Shown here: positions 44,646 to 54,520 of the stretch, one piece after another
How the letters are laid out: every line of letters begins with the position of its first letter
Position numbering within the stretch: position 1 is the stretch's first letter
Origin: Clostridiales bacterium
GTDB lineage: Bacteria > Bacillota > Clostridia > Christensenellales > Aristaeellaceae
Direction of reading: 5' to 3'
Length of the DNA stretch: 64,000 nt
Assembly: GCA_024684375.1 (NCBI GenBank)
Contig: JAIKWZ010000050.1
Coordinates: 30,396 to 94,395, forward strand
Position numbers and translations under genes: made by a program
The notes under the pieces: model-generated
The model's database searches: none
Seen by the model: only the letters and a program-made list of their open reading frames with translations
Told to the model about the DNA's origin: nothing

Positions 44646-47474
44646 TTATTTGTCCCCCGTGATCCCCAGCGCGATCTTCACGCCGCGCTTTATCACGTAG
44701 GGCAGCAGTTTTTTGACTTTGTCCTCGGCGTGGCACATGTCGCTGGCTTTGGGGTTGTCGCGGGACAGGTGTATGGCGTCGAACTCGCAGCGGGTGGTGC
44801 ACAGGCCGCAGCCTATGCAGCGGTTTGTGTCCACCGTGGTGGCGCCGCAGCCCAGGCAGCGTTTGGCTTCGGCTTTGACCTGTTCCTCGGTGAGGGTGAG
44901 CCTCAGATCGCGGAAGGTCTCTCCGGCGGCGCCCGCTTTGCGGCCGGGCAGCTGCCGGGGCGCGCTGTCGAAACTCTCCATGCGAGAGGGGTCGAGTATG
45001 TCGTTTTTGTCCAGCTCGACGAATTCCCTGCGGTCGCGGGCCAGATCCAGCCGGTTGCCCGGATGCACGTAGCGGTTGATGGACACCGCGCCTTCCCGTC
45101 CGCCCGCGATGGCGTCTATGGCGAAGCGCGCTCCGGTGAACACGTCGCCGCCCACGAATATGTCGCTTTCGCCGATCTGGCGGGTAAGGGGATCGGCCTC
45201 CACGGTGCCGTTGGGACGGATCACCGCTTTGGTGCCCTTGAGCAGATCGCCCCATTTCGCCGCCTGTCCGATGGACAGAAGCAGATTGTCACAGGGTATG
45301 GTCTGGGTGTCGTTTTCGTCGTACTCGGGGCTGAAGCGGTGATTCTCGTCGTACACGCGTACGCACTTTTTGAACACCACGGCCCTGAGGCGGCCGTTCT
45401 CGTCCTTCAGGACCTCCTTGGGGCCCCAGCCGTTCTGTATCATGACGCCGTCTGAGAGCGCCTCGCTGACTTCGTCCTTCGACGCGGGCATCTCGTCGGG
45501 CTGCTCCAGGCACAGCATGACCACTTCGCTTGAGCCCGCTCTTAATGCGCTGCCCGCCACGTCGATAGCCACGTTTCCGCCGCCAACGACTATGGTCTTG
45601 CCGGACAGGCGCACGTTTTCGGGATCGCGGTTCAGGCGCCGCAGGAAGTCCACGCCCGTCTCCACGCCCGGAGCGTCCTCGCCGGGTACGCCCGCCAGGC
45701 GGCCGCCCTGCATGCCGGGCGCCACGAAAAACGCCTTATATCCTTCTTCGCGCAGCTCTTGGATGGTGACGTCCTTGCCGACCTCCACGCCGCACTTTAT
45801 CTCTATGCCCATTTGCCTTAATACGTCTATCTCCGCGTCCAGCACGTCCTTTTCCAGACGGTAGGAGGGGATACCGTATCTGAGCATACCGCCGGGCTTG
45901 TCCTCTTTCTCGAACACGGTCACGGGATAGCCGTCACGCCGTAAAAAGTAGGCGCAGCTCAGGCCCGCGGGACCCGAACCGATGACCGCCACCTTGAACT
46001 CGTCGCCCCACATGCCGCCGTCGTGCTTTTCGCAGAAGGGCACGTAACGCCTGGAGCTGTCCAGCTCAAGGGAGGCAATGAACTTCTTTATCTCGTCTAT
46101 CGCCAGAGGCTGGTCTACCGTGCCCCTGGTGCAGGCGTCCTCGCACCTTCTGTTGCACACGCTGCCGCATACCAGGGGGAAGGGGTTGTCCTGCTTGATG
46201 AGCTTGAGCGCGTCCTCATACCTGCCTTCGGAGGCCATTTTGATGTAGCCCTGCACGGACAGATGCACGGGACAGGCGGTCTTGCAGGGGGAAGTGCCGG
46301 AGGGGTAGCAGTTTATCTTAGCGTCGTCGCGGTAGTTGTAGTTCCACTTGTCCACGCCCCACCTGCGCCCGTCGGGCAGTTGCGTTTTGGGATACTGAAC
46401 TTCGCTGCCGTCCTTTTTGCACAGCTTTTGGCCCAGTTTGGCCGCGCCTACGGGGCACACCTCCACGCACTTGCCGCACGCCACGCACTTTTCCTTTTCA
46501 ACGTGCGCCCGGTAGGCGGAGGCGGACAGGTTGGGGGTGTTGTAAAGCTGGCTGGTGCGCAGCGCGTTGCACACGCCGGGAGCGCAGTTGCATATGGCGA
46601 CGATCTTGTTCTCGCCGTCGATATTCGTTATCTGGTGCACGTACCCGTGGCGCTCGGCGCGCTCAAGTATCTCGTAGACTTCTTCCTTGGTGATGTACCT
46701 GCCTATGCCGCGGTCGTCCATGTATTCCGCCATGTCGCCCATGCCGATGCAGTAGTTGCCGCGGATCTCGCCGCTGCCTTCGCCGCGCATAGCCTGCTGT
46801 TTCCGGCAGGAACACTCTGAAATGCCGAACTTGTCGTACATGTCTATCCAGCGGGACAAATGCTCGACGGATACGGACTTGCTTTCGTGAGCTATGGCTT
46901 TTTCGACGGGTATGACATGCATGCCTATGCCCGCGCCTCCTGGAGGCACCATCTGGGTTATGCCGCCCAGGGGCAGCTGTGTCATGAGGTTAAAGAAGGT
47001 AGCCAGCTGTGGGAACTCGTCCGTCAGTTTATCCTGCATCATCATGAATTCCGCGCTGCCGGGCACGAATATGGGCAGCTCGTACTGCAGGTGTTTATCC
47101 TCAGTTTTGGCGCGGTTCTGCTCGATTATCCCTATCCAGCGCAGCCGCTCCACCATTTTCTGGCAGTCTTCGAGGGACATGGAGTTTTTCTGAGCCAATT
47201 CCTCGACCGTATAGGGCACGCGGGTCTTTTTGAAGCTTAAAAGGAATCGGACCTGCTCCTTCGTAAGGATCATGTCCAGCATCCAGTATTCGGGATCCCG
47301 GTTGTTGATCTTGCCCGTGTATTTTTTGAGGTAGCGGTCGGTGATGAGGGTGGCCAGTTTGAGCACCAGCTTTTCTTTTTCGGGATCAGGCGCCACGTAA
47401 TTGGGGTCCTGCCAGTAATCCCGCTCGTTTATCATCGGGTCGCCGGGTCTCCACTCTTCAAAAGACCTGCCCAT
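44646..47474 (-). CDS. multidomain Fe-S flavoprotein (GltD-like NAD(P)H/FAD oxidoreductase with several 4Fe-4S ferredoxin motifs)
   Basis: CVACGKCVEVCP, CPVHLSVQGYI...CGSVCNRRCEDAC, the VAVIGSGPAGLSCAYFL dinucleotide loop, a second GGGNVAID loop and a C-terminal CLGCG...CIGCGLCTTRCE. Confidence 0.75.
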   Translation of the reverse strand: MGRSFEEWRPGDPMINERDYWQDPNYVAPDPEKEKLVLKLATLITDRYLKKYTGKINNRDPEYWMLDMILTKEQVRFLLSFKKTRVPYTVEELAQKNSMSLEDCQKMVERLRWIGIIEQNRAKTEDKHLQYELPIFVPGSAEFMMMQDKLTDEFPQLATFFNLMTQLPLGGITQMVPPGGAGIGMHVIPVEKAIAHESKSVSVEHLSRWIDMYDKFGISECSCRKQQAMRGEGSGEIRGNYCIGMGDMAEYMDDRGIGRYITKEEVYEILERAERHGYVHQITNIDGENKIVAICNCAPGVCNALRTSQLYNTPNLSASAYRAHVEKEKCVACGKCVEVCPVGAAKLGQKLCKKDGSEVQYPKTQLPDGRRWGVDKWNYNYRDDAKINCYPSGTSPCKTACPVHLSVQGYIKMASEGRYEDALKLIKQDNPFPLVCGSVCNRRCEDACTRGTVDQPLAIDEIKKFIASLELDSSRRYVPFCEKHDGGMWGDEFKVAVIGSGPAGLSCAYFLRRDGYPVTVFEKEDKPGGMLRYGIPSYRLEKDVLDAEIDVLRQMGIEIKCGVEVGKDVTIQELREEGYKAFFVAPGMQGGRLAGVPGEDAPGVETGVDFLRRLNRDPENVRLSGKTIVVGGGNVAIDVAGSALRAGSSEVVMLCLEQPDEMPASKDEVSEALSDGVMIQNGWGPKEVLKDENGRLRAVVFKKCVRVYDENHRFSPEYDENDTQTIPCDNLLLSIGQAAKWGDLLKGTKAVIRPNGTVEADPLTRQIGESDIFVGGDVFTGARFAIDAIAGGREGAVSINRYVHPGNRLDLARDRREFVELDKNDILDPSRMESFDSAPRQLPGRKAGAAGETFRDLRLTLTEEQVKAEAKRCLGCGATTVDTNRCIGCGLCTTRCEFDAIHLSRDNPKASDMCHAEDKVKKLLPYVIKRGVKIALGITGDK

Positions 47475-47513
47475 GCGGGTATGCTCCTTTCGGGTGTAAG
47501 TGCTGCGTGAAGT

Positions 47514-48410
47514 TCAGTTCTGCTTTTGTTTTTCGCCTATCAGCTCAAAAAACGTGATGACCGCGCCGCCGACGACAAAGGCGATCAGGGGCGCGACCTG
47601 AGCCGCGGCGGGGAAGCCCGGGAACACGGGCAGTATGGAACCCACCACGAAGCCCAGTATGGCGGAGTAGGTGGCCTGCGAATGGTTCTTCATCAGCCAG
47701 CGGATAAGCTTGGCCACGAACACCAGACCCAGCACGCAGCCAATGCCGAAGGGCAGCAGCGTCACTATGTCGAAGTGCGCCACCGCGTCTATGACGGCCT
47801 TGTACTGGCCCAGCATCACCATCACGAGACTGCCTGAAATGCCGGGTATTATCATGGTGGAGCAGGCTATCGCGCCGTAGATCACCAGCATTATCAGCCG
47901 CCACACGGAGTGGTCGGCAGTGTACTCGGCGGTAGCGTCCTTGGCGTTTTTGATCGCGTCCTTCTGGGAGGAGGCGTCGGACAGGAACATGAACACCATC
48001 AGCGCCAGCACCAGCAGGAAGATGATCACGTAGAGGGGTTTTATGCTGAGCTTTTTCTCGCTGTCATACGCGGCGCGTTTGAATATGCCGGGCACGGAGA
48101 AGACTATGATGCCGATAAAGAACATCTGCGTGACGTCAGCGTGCTTTGAGAGCAGGCCGCTCATCACCTTGCCGAACAGCACTATGGCGATACCCATGCC
48201 TATAACGATGGGCAGGAAGAATTTCCACTCGGTCTTAATCTTTTTGAAGAAGTCAGTGATGATGCCGATGATGCGTTCGTACAGCCCCAGCACTACCATG
48301 ACCGTGCCGCCGCTTACGCCGGGAATAACGTTCGCGAAGCCGAACAGGATGCCCGCCACCACGCGGTATATGATCTGGCCCGGGCTGTTTTCATTGATGG
48401 TCTTCTGCAT
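47514..48410 (-). CDS. DUF368 family membrane protein
   Basis: Duplicated (N/I)IPG(V/I)SG(G/S) motifs (NVIPGVSGGT and IIPGISGS) and about 8 TM segments. Confidence 0.75.
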   Translation of the reverse strand: MQKTINENSPGQIIYRVVAGILFGFANVIPGVSGGTVMVVLGLYERIIGIITDFFKKIKTEWKFFLPIVIGMGIAIVLFGKVMSGLLSKHADVTQMFFIGIIVFSVPGIFKRAAYDSEKKLSIKPLYVIIFLLVLALMVFMFLSDASSQKDAIKNAKDATAEYTADHSVWRLIMLVIYGAIACSTMIIPGISGSLVMVMLGQYKAVIDAVAHFDIVTLLPFGIGCVLGLVFVAKLIRWLMKNHSQATYSAILGFVVGSILPVFPGFPAAAQVAPLIAFVVGGAVITFFELIGEKQKQN

Positions 48411-48488
48411 ATTGCTCTCCTGAAAGTATTTGTATTGTTTACACTGATGGAACGTGTTTTTCGTGTCATCGCGGGGCGCGAAACAGGT

Positions 48489-48983
48489 TTATTTGATGCG
48501 GAACTCCTCTTTCGCGAACTGGCAGTTGGCGTGGGTGAGCGCCACGGCCACCGCGTCGGCGGCGTCGTCGGGTCTTATGGGCGCGTCAAGTTTCAACAGC
48601 AACTTGACCATGCTCTGCATCTGCTGCTTTTCCGCGCGGCCGTAGCCGGTGATCGCCTGCTTTATCTGGAGCGGAGTGTACTCGTAAAGGTTCTCCGTCC
48701 TTTGGGCGCACGCTACCAGCGCCGCCCCGCGGGCCTGCGCGACGGCAATGCCGGTGGTCACGTTCTGGCTGAAGAAAAGTTCCTCAAACGCCACGTCGTC
48801 GGGCTTGTAGATATCGAACAGCTGGCTTAAGCCCGTGTATATCGACCTCAGGCGCTGGGGCATGGGGGAGTGAGCCATGGTAGAGATGACGCCGGCAGTG
48901 AGCAGGGTGCACTTCCCCCCGACGCTGTCTATCACTCCGTAGCCCATCAGCGCCAGGCCGGGGTCAATTCCCAGAATTCTCAA
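48489..48983 (-). CDS. ruvC: crossover junction endodeoxyribonuclease RuvC
   Basis: RILGIDPGLALMGYGVID. The likely start is TTG 48983, 5 nt after GGGGAGG; the track start ATG 49004 has no RBS. Confidence 0.85.
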   Translation of the reverse strand: MRILGIDPGLALMGYGVIDSVGGKCTLLTAGVISTMAHSPMPQRLRSIYTGLSQLFDIYKPDDVAFEELFFSQNVTTGIAVAQARGAALVACAQRTENLYEYTPLQIKQAITGYGRAEKQQMQSMVKLLLKLDAPIRPDDAADAVAVALTHANCQFAKEEFRIK

Positions 48984-49449
48984 AGCCGCCTCCCCGCTTT
49001 TCACTGCCCAGGAACAGCGTTTCGCCGTAGTCGATCAGCGCGTACAGGTTGTCGCGTATCACGCGGGGGAACAGCGGCGCCTCAGCGGCCTGCTTTAGGC
49101 TGAGCCACTCCATGCCTACCTGGTAAAGATCCCGTTCGGTGGGATCGCTCACGGGCACGGATTTGTCCGGCCGGCACAGGAACACGAAGTACATTTTGTG
49201 GGCGCTCACGCCTCCAGAGGAGGTCTGCGTCACCCGCTCGAACACGCAGCTCAGGCGCATGGGGGTGACGGTGAGGCCGGTCTCCTCCATCACTTCGCGT
49301 TTGACCGCCTCGGTGAGTATCTCGCCGTCGTGCATCCCGCCGCCGGGCAGGGTGTAGTACACACCTGCGTGGGAAACACACTTATTAAGCAGGAGCCGGC
49401 CCTCGTCAAGTATGAGGGCTTTGGCTGAGCATCTGATAGACATGGGCAT
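48964..49449 (-). CDS. NUDIX hydrolase
   Basis: Nudix box GGGMHDGEILTEAVKREVMEETGL. Confidence 0.8.
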   Translation of the reverse strand: MPMSIRCSAKALILDEGRLLLNKCVSHAGVYYTLPGGGMHDGEILTEAVKREVMEETGLTVTPMRLSCVFERVTQTSSGGVSAHKMYFVFLCRPDKSVPVSDPTERDLYQVGMEWLSLKQAAEAPLFPRVIRDNLYALIDYGETLFLGSEKRGGGFENSGN

Positions 49450-49737
49450 ACCTTCCGCATTTTAGGAAATGATAAGATATTATACAACCGAAAGGAGTGT
49501 TTTGCAAGTAGCGGAGAAATATATGCCGTCCGCTCAAGTCGCCCTCCGAAGACACGAAGCCGTGAGCGCTTTCGAAGCCTTATCGCCCATGGCGCATCAG
49601 CCCGCAAAGGGCTGTTTACACACATTTAATGCGTCCAAACCAATTTTGACCTACTTTGACGTTTGCGTTTTTCGCGGGTTTATGATACAATAAACAACAA
49701 ATAGCGTCCATTGATTTGAAAGAGAGGAAAACCTGTA

Positions 49738-51834
49738 TTGGATAACAGACGCAAGGGCATATTAAGGACCCTGTTGATCTACGCGGTGATCATCGCGGGC
49801 ATACTGCTGGTAGTCACCATGACGGGCACGCCTTCCCAGATGAGCGAACAGGAGGAGCTGTCCTACTCTCAGCTGCTGGAAAGAGTTGAGAACGACCTTA
49901 AGCTCTCCGAGGGCGTCGAGGGCGCGAATGCCGCAGGCACGGTGAAAAGCGTGCTCATACAGACGGACAGGCTCTACGGCCTCAAAGAGAACAGCCTGAT
50001 ACCGGACGAGCGTTTCGGCACCAAATACTACGACTTTGCCTGCACGCTGCCGTCCACGGAGCAGTTTTACAAGGACGTGAGCGCCATATATGAAGAGGTG
50101 CTGGGCAAGAGCGTCAGCCCCACAGGCTACCGTTTCACATTCTCGACCAAGGAAGCGGACAGCCCCAGCCTGTTTTTGCAGCTGCTGCCTTCCATAATCT
50201 CAATACTGCTGTTCGTGGGCATAATGATATTCATAATGCGCATGCAGTCCGGGGCGAACCGGGGCGCGAACAGCTTCGTGCGGGGCAGGACCAAGCTGGT
50301 GGATCCCTCCAAAAACCCCATCCGCTATCCCGATGTTGCGGGCGCGGAAGAGGAGAAGCAGGAGCTCAAGGAGGTCGTGGACTTCCTGAAGGGACCTGAA
50401 AAGTACACAAAGCTGGGCGCCAAGATACCCAAGGGCGTGCTGCTTATCGGCCCTCCCGGCACAGGCAAGACGCTGCTTGCGAAAGCGGTGGCCGGCGAAG
50501 CGGGCGTGCCCTTTTACACCATCAGCGGCAGTGAATTCATGGAGATGTACGTGGGCGTCGGCGCAAGCCGCGTGCGCGACCTGTTCGACCAGGCGAAGAA
50601 GACCGCTCCCAGCATGATCTTCATAGACGAGATCGACGCCATCGGCCGCCAGAGGGGCGCGGGCCTGGGCGGCGGACACGATGAAAGGGAGCAGACGCTC
50701 AACCAGCTGCTGGTGGAGATGGACGGCTTTACCGTGAATTCGGGCGTGATCGTGCTGGCCGCCACCAACCGAAGCGACATACTCGACCCCGCGCTCATGC
50801 GTCCCGGTCGCTTTGACAGGCAGGTCATAGTCAATTATCCAGACGTGAAGGGCCGCGAGGAGATACTTAAAGTCCACTCCAAGGGCAAGCCCCTTGCTCG
50901 CGACGTGGACCTGCACACCGTGGCGGTGATGACTGCCGGCGCGACGGGCGCGGATCTGGCCAACATCATGAACGAGGCCGCGCTGCTCACCGCGCGGGAA
51001 AACAAAACGCAGATCGGCTTTGAACAGATCGAAGCCGCCATCAACCGCGTAACGATGGGGCTTGAGAAGAAGAGCCACCTTATCCCGCCCAAGGACAAGG
51101 AAATGGTCGCCTACCACGAGGCGGGGCACGCGCTGGTCGCGTATTATATCCCCGTGTGCGAAAAGGTGCAGGAGATAACCACCATCCCCCGCGGCATGGC
51201 GGGAGGCTATACCAAGTGGCTGCCGGACGAGAAGACGAATTACATGTCATCCAACAGGCTGCGTGCTCACATAGCCATGTCCATGGGCGGCATGTGCGCC
51301 GAGCAGCTCATTTACGGCGACGTGACCACAGGCGGCACCAGCGACATCAAAAACGCCACCTCACTTGCCCGCAGCATGGTGACCGAGTACGGCATGAGCG
51401 AACTGGGTCCCATATACTTGAGCGGTGAAAGGGAAGTGTTCCTGGGCAGGCAGTTCGCCCAGACTTCTTCCGGGCTGTCCGAAAAGCTGATGAGCGACGT
51501 GGACGACGAAGTTCGCAAGCTCATAAACGAGGGCAGGCAGCGCGCATCCGAGATACTGTCAGCGCACCGTGACAAGCTGGAAGGTCTGGTCAGGCTGCTT
51601 ATGGAAAAGGAGAAGCTGGACCGCGAGGCGTTTGAAGCCTTCATGGAGGACAGGGAATACGACCCTGCCAGGGCCGAAAAGTACCGCTTCTTCAAGCAGG
51701 ACGACGAACAGGCGCCCGATAAGCAGGCGCAGGAGACCGCAAACGAGCCTGAGACCAAGACGCGGGAAACCGAACAGGCGCCCGAAACTCAGGCGCAGGA
51801 GACCGAGACCCCGCTGGACGACGAAAAGAAATAG
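49738..51834 (+). CDS. ftsH: ATP-dependent zinc metalloprotease FtsH
   Basis: TTG start after [32 protein letters not shown], the SRH region and the HEAGHA zinc motif. Acidic Gln/Glu-rich C-terminal tail. Confidence 0.92.
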   Translation: MDNRRKGILRTLLIYAVIIAGILLVVTMTGTPSQMSEQEELSYSQLLERVENDLKLSEGVEGANAAGTVKSVLIQTDRLYGLKENSLIPDERFGTKYYDFACTLPSTEQFYKDVSAIYEEVLGKSVSPTGYRFTFSTKEADSPSLFLQLLPSIISILLFVGIMIFIMRMQSGANRGANSFVRGRTKLVDPSKNPIRYPDVAGAEEEKQELKEVVDFLKGPEKYTKLGAKIPKGVLLIGPPGTGKTLLAKAVAGEAGVPFYTISGSEFMEMYVGVGASRVRDLFDQAKKTAPSMIFIDEIDAIGRQRGAGLGGGHDEREQTLNQLLVEMDGFTVNSGVIVLAATNRSDILDPALMRPGRFDRQVIVNYPDVKGREEILKVHSKGKPLARDVDLHTVAVMTAGATGADLANIMNEAALLTARENKTQIGFEQIEAAINRVTMGLEKKSHLIPPKDKEMVAYHEAGHALVAYYIPVCEKVQEITTIPRGMAGGYTKWLPDEKTNYMSSNRLRAHIAMSMGGMCAEQLIYGDVTTGGTSDIKNATSLARSMVTEYGMSELGPIYLSGEREVFLGRQFAQTSSGLSEKLMSDVDDEVRKLINEGRQRASEILSAHRDKLEGLVRLLMEKEKLDREAFEAFMEDREYDPARAEKYRFFKQDDEQAPDKQAQETANEPETKTRETEQAPETQAQETETPLDDEKK

Positions 51835-51892
51835 CCGCAGCGCCTGAACCATTACAGGACTGTGCTTGCCGGACCGGCAAAAAGGAGACCAG

Positions 51893-53140
51893 ATGAAGAC
51901 CAATCCCGTAAAGGGCATGAAGGACTTTCTGCCCGAAGAGACCCGCTTAAGGGACTATGTGCGGGGCGTTATACTCGACACTTACCGTTCAAGCGGCTTT
52001 GAAAGGGTGTCCACCCCCATACTGGAAGACATGGAGAACCTGAACAAAAGCGAGGGCGGCGACAACCTGAACCTCATTTTCAAGGTGCTCAAGCGGGGAG
52101 AAAAGCTTGACGAGGCGCTGGAAAGCAAGGATCCTGACGCGCTGTGCGACATGGGCCTGAGGTACGACCTGACGCTGCCCCTGGCGCGCTTTTACGCCGC
52201 CAACCGTGAGGCGCTGCCCCGGGTGTTCAAGGTCATCCAGACCGACCGGGTGTACCGCGCCGAGCGTCCCCAGAAGGGCAGGCTGCGGGAATTCGTGCAG
52301 TGCGACATCGACATACTGGGCGACGACAGTCCCCAGGCTGAGATGGAGCTTATAGACGTGACCGCCCGCGCGCTCATTTCTCTTGGATTTAAGGGCTTCA
52401 CCGTCAACGTGAATGACCGCAGGATACTTCGCGGCATGCTGGAGGGCATGGGCTTTGTTCCCGCGAGCATCGAAAGCGTGTGCGTGTCCTTCGATAAACT
52501 GGACAAGATCGGGATATCGGGCGTATGCGCGGAGCTTGCGGAAAAGGGCTGCCCCGCCGAGGCGGTCGACTGCCTGAAAGGCTGGCTGGAAAAGGGAGAC
52601 CTGTCCCTTGAAGCGGTCGGGCAGTATTATTCCGACGCTGAGGTGACTTCCCGCGTGGAAGGGATCGTTTCCACCGCCAATGCTCTTTCCGAAGGCAATT
52701 ACACGGCGGTGTTCGACGCCTCGCTCACACGCGGCCAGGGCTATTACACGGGCTGCGTGTTCGAGATAAGGCTGGAAGGCTATCCCGGCGCCATAGCGGG
52801 GGGCGGCAGGTACGACCGCATGATAGGCAAGTTTACCGGCACGGATACTCCCGCGGTGGGCTTTTCCATAGGCTTTGAGCGCATCTGCCAGATCCTTTCC
52901 GAGCAGGGTTTCAGCGTGCCCGGCGAACAGCGGCTGGCGCTTCTGTACAAAGATGACGCGCCGTTCGCGGACGTGCTCATAAGGGCGGGAGAGTTAAGAC
53001 GCGATTATTCCGTAACGCTGCTAAAGCAGAAAAAGCTTTCCAAGCAGCTCAGCCAGCTGGAAAGCCAGGGCTTTTCCTTCGCGGCGTTTTACGATACGGG
53101 CGACATAAAACCGCTGGGGGCGGATAAACACAATGGCTAA
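51893..53140 (+). CDS. hisS: histidine--tRNA ligase (class II)
   Basis: AAAGGAG RBS. KGMKDFLPEE, YRAERPQKGRLREFVQCD (motif 2) and GGGRYDRMIGKF. Confidence 0.85.
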   Translation: MKTNPVKGMKDFLPEETRLRDYVRGVILDTYRSSGFERVSTPILEDMENLNKSEGGDNLNLIFKVLKRGEKLDEALESKDPDALCDMGLRYDLTLPLARFYAANREALPRVFKVIQTDRVYRAERPQKGRLREFVQCDIDILGDDSPQAEMELIDVTARALISLGFKGFTVNVNDRRILRGMLEGMGFVPASIESVCVSFDKLDKIGISGVCAELAEKGCPAEAVDCLKGWLEKGDLSLEAVGQYYSDAEVTSRVEGIVSTANALSEGNYTAVFDASLTRGQGYYTGCVFEIRLEGYPGAIAGGGRYDRMIGKFTGTDTPAVGFSIGFERICQILSEQGFSVPGEQRLALLYKDDAPFADVLIRAGELRRDYSVTLLKQKKLSKQLSQLESQGFSFAAFYDTGDIKPLGADKHNG

Positions 53141-53918
53141 GAAAGGTTCCGGCTCAAGAAGCAGCGCGTCACCCGCCTGGCGGATACTGATGCCGGTCTA
53201 CGCGGTCATATTCTTTATGCTGCTGCCTCTGTACGAGGTAAGGACGCTGGAGTTTCTGTATCCCCGGCTGATGGACATGGTGGGCGTGAGCGACTATACC
53301 CTGTCCTTCATAGTGGCGGGCGCGTGGATAGTCGGTCTCGCGCTGATCACATTCGCGCCCGCATCCAAACGCTGGCTGCTGGCCGTGGGGCTTGTGCTTT
53401 TCCTGACTCCCGTGTGGCTTATCGGCGAGCCGAAAGCGAACAACAGGGAAGCGTGGGCGTACGCGGGGCTGCCGACGGACCTGCTCAAGCTGGTGTGCGC
53501 CGCGGCGCTTGCGCTGTGGGTGCTGGTACCTGTGAGGGGAGAAGCCAAAGCCGGGCTTAAGGGAGCTTTGGCGGCCGCACTGATTGCCCTGGACGCGCTG
53601 TGCTACGTCAACGGCTCCAAGCCTTTGGACTGGGCGGAAATAGACCTGGTCATGTGCCTTGCGCTGATCACGGGCTTTTTTGCCGATATGGCGCTCAACG
53701 GTTTCAGCGCGGGGGCGTTTACCCCGGCCGCGGTGTGCGGCTTGAAGCTGGCGCTGGTCTCCTATTGCGGCAGGCCGCTTTCCCTGTGGGTGACGCTGGC
53801 TCTCGCGGCCGCGGCCGCGATAACGCTTGCCTGGAAAAAGCCCAAGGGCAGCCTGGGCGGCGTGTTCTCTCTGACAGGGCTCGCCGTGAACACCGCGCTT
53901 ATGCTCACAAAGCTGTAA
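53133..53918 (+). CDS. hypothetical polytopic membrane protein
   Basis: 8-nt overlap with hisS. About 7 hydrophobic segments. No family recognised. Confidence 0.5.
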   Translation: MAKKGSGSRSSASPAWRILMPVYAVIFFMLLPLYEVRTLEFLYPRLMDMVGVSDYTLSFIVAGAWIVGLALITFAPASKRWLLAVGLVLFLTPVWLIGEPKANNREAWAYAGLPTDLLKLVCAAALALWVLVPVRGEAKAGLKGALAAALIALDALCYVNGSKPLDWAEIDLVMCLALITGFFADMALNGFSAGAFTPAAVCGLKLALVSYCGRPLSLWVTLALAAAAAITLAWKKPKGSLGGVFSLTGLAVNTALMLTKL

Positions 53919-53954
53919 AACAACGTTTATTTGGCGTAAACTGAGTTGAGGGTA

Positions 53955-53983
53955 TTGACAATTTCATCCGTGTAACGTAGAAT
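53955..53983 (+). promoter_or_regulatory. consensus sigma-70 promoter TTGACA-17 nt-TAGAAT in front of the truncated tRNA copy
   Basis: TTGACA at 53955-53960 and TAGAAT at 53978-53983 with an exact 17-nt spacer, 37 nt upstream of nt 54020. Confidence 0.65.
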
Positions 53984-54019
53984 AACAAAGCTAATCCGCC
54001 GTACGCCGGCGGAGAGCAT

Positions 54020-54059
54020 GCGCCTGTAGCTCAGCAGGATAGAGCGTTCGCCTCCTAAG
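54020..54059 (+). pseudogene. truncated tRNA-Arg(CCT): 5' 40 nt only, ending one nt past the anticodon loop
   Basis: Identical to 54293-54332 of the intact gene. Sequence diverges at 54060 and no T-arm or 3' acceptor strand follows. Confidence 0.8.
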
Positions 54060-54165
54060 TCTACGATCGATCGTCCGATTCCGCGATTTTGTTGGACGCT
54101 CCGAAAGTTAGAAAAAAGTTAAGGCAAAAACAAACCTGTTCCAAGCTATGGCGAAGTGCAACCAA

Positions 54166-54197
54166 TTTTGCTAACAAACGACTGATTTTTGCTAACA
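54166..54197 (+). repeat. direct repeat TTTTGCTAACA x2, 21 bp apart; a third near-copy TTTTGCTAATA at 54438-54448
   Basis: Exact 11-mers at 54166-54176 and 54187-54197. The third copy lies beyond the tRNA terminator. Confidence 0.5.
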
Positions 54198-54292
54198 GGG
54201 CAAAGAAAAAATGCAGGAACGAAAGAAGCCAACTTGCAAAAACGCCCTGAAAAATGGCAAAAATCACTCGAAAATCGAACAAAAATGAATGT

Positions 54293-54366
54293 GCGCCTGT
54301 AGCTCAGCAGGATAGAGCGTTCGCCTCCTAAGCGAAAGGCCGTGGGTTCGAATCCCGCCAGGCGCG
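54293..54366 (+). tRNA. tRNA-Arg, anticodon CCT
   Basis: Folded by hand. Acceptor GCGCCTG/CAGGCGC, D-arm GCTC/GAGC, anticodon arm TTCGC-CTCCTAA-GCGAA, variable AGGCC, T-arm GTGGG-TTCGAAT-CCCGC, discriminator G. No encoded CCA. Confidence 0.92.
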
Positions 54367-54369
54367 TGC

Positions 54370-54409
54370 AGCCATGAAAATTCTTTGTAAGTTTTCATGG
54401 CTCTTTTTT
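54370..54409 (+). terminator. rho-independent terminator after tRNA-Arg
   Basis: AGCCATGAAAA-ttctttgtaag-TTTTCATGGCT followed by CTTTTTT. Confidence 0.8.
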
Positions 54410-54520
54410 CTAACAGATGTTAGCTCCAGAGCCGCGTTTTTGCTAATAAAAATGCCATTTTGCAAACATTCATTCTAATCTCCCCCGGATTTCCTGCTAA
54501 TTTTGGTGGCCGATCGCTCT

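Noticed and set aside
49450-49737. A 288-bp intergenic region between the NUDIX gene and ftsH, including a 74-aa ORF, considered as a possible sRNA or small gene.
   Set aside because: No RBS, no recognisable RNA family and no strong terminator. Only weak TTGAC-like promoter elements for ftsH are present.
54061-54282. A 73-aa minus-strand ORF inside the tRNA spacer, and the ORFs at 54420-54700.
   Set aside because: No RBS and a low-complexity Phe/Leu-rich translation of A/T-rich DNA. The region is better explained as att/arm DNA with repeats.
54060-54292. Possible group I intron in the anticodon loop of tRNA-Arg(CCT), as known in some proteobacteria.
   Set aside because: The segment is followed by a complete tRNA, not by the 3' exon. 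It is A-rich with little pairing potential, and I could not find P3/P7-like conserved cores.
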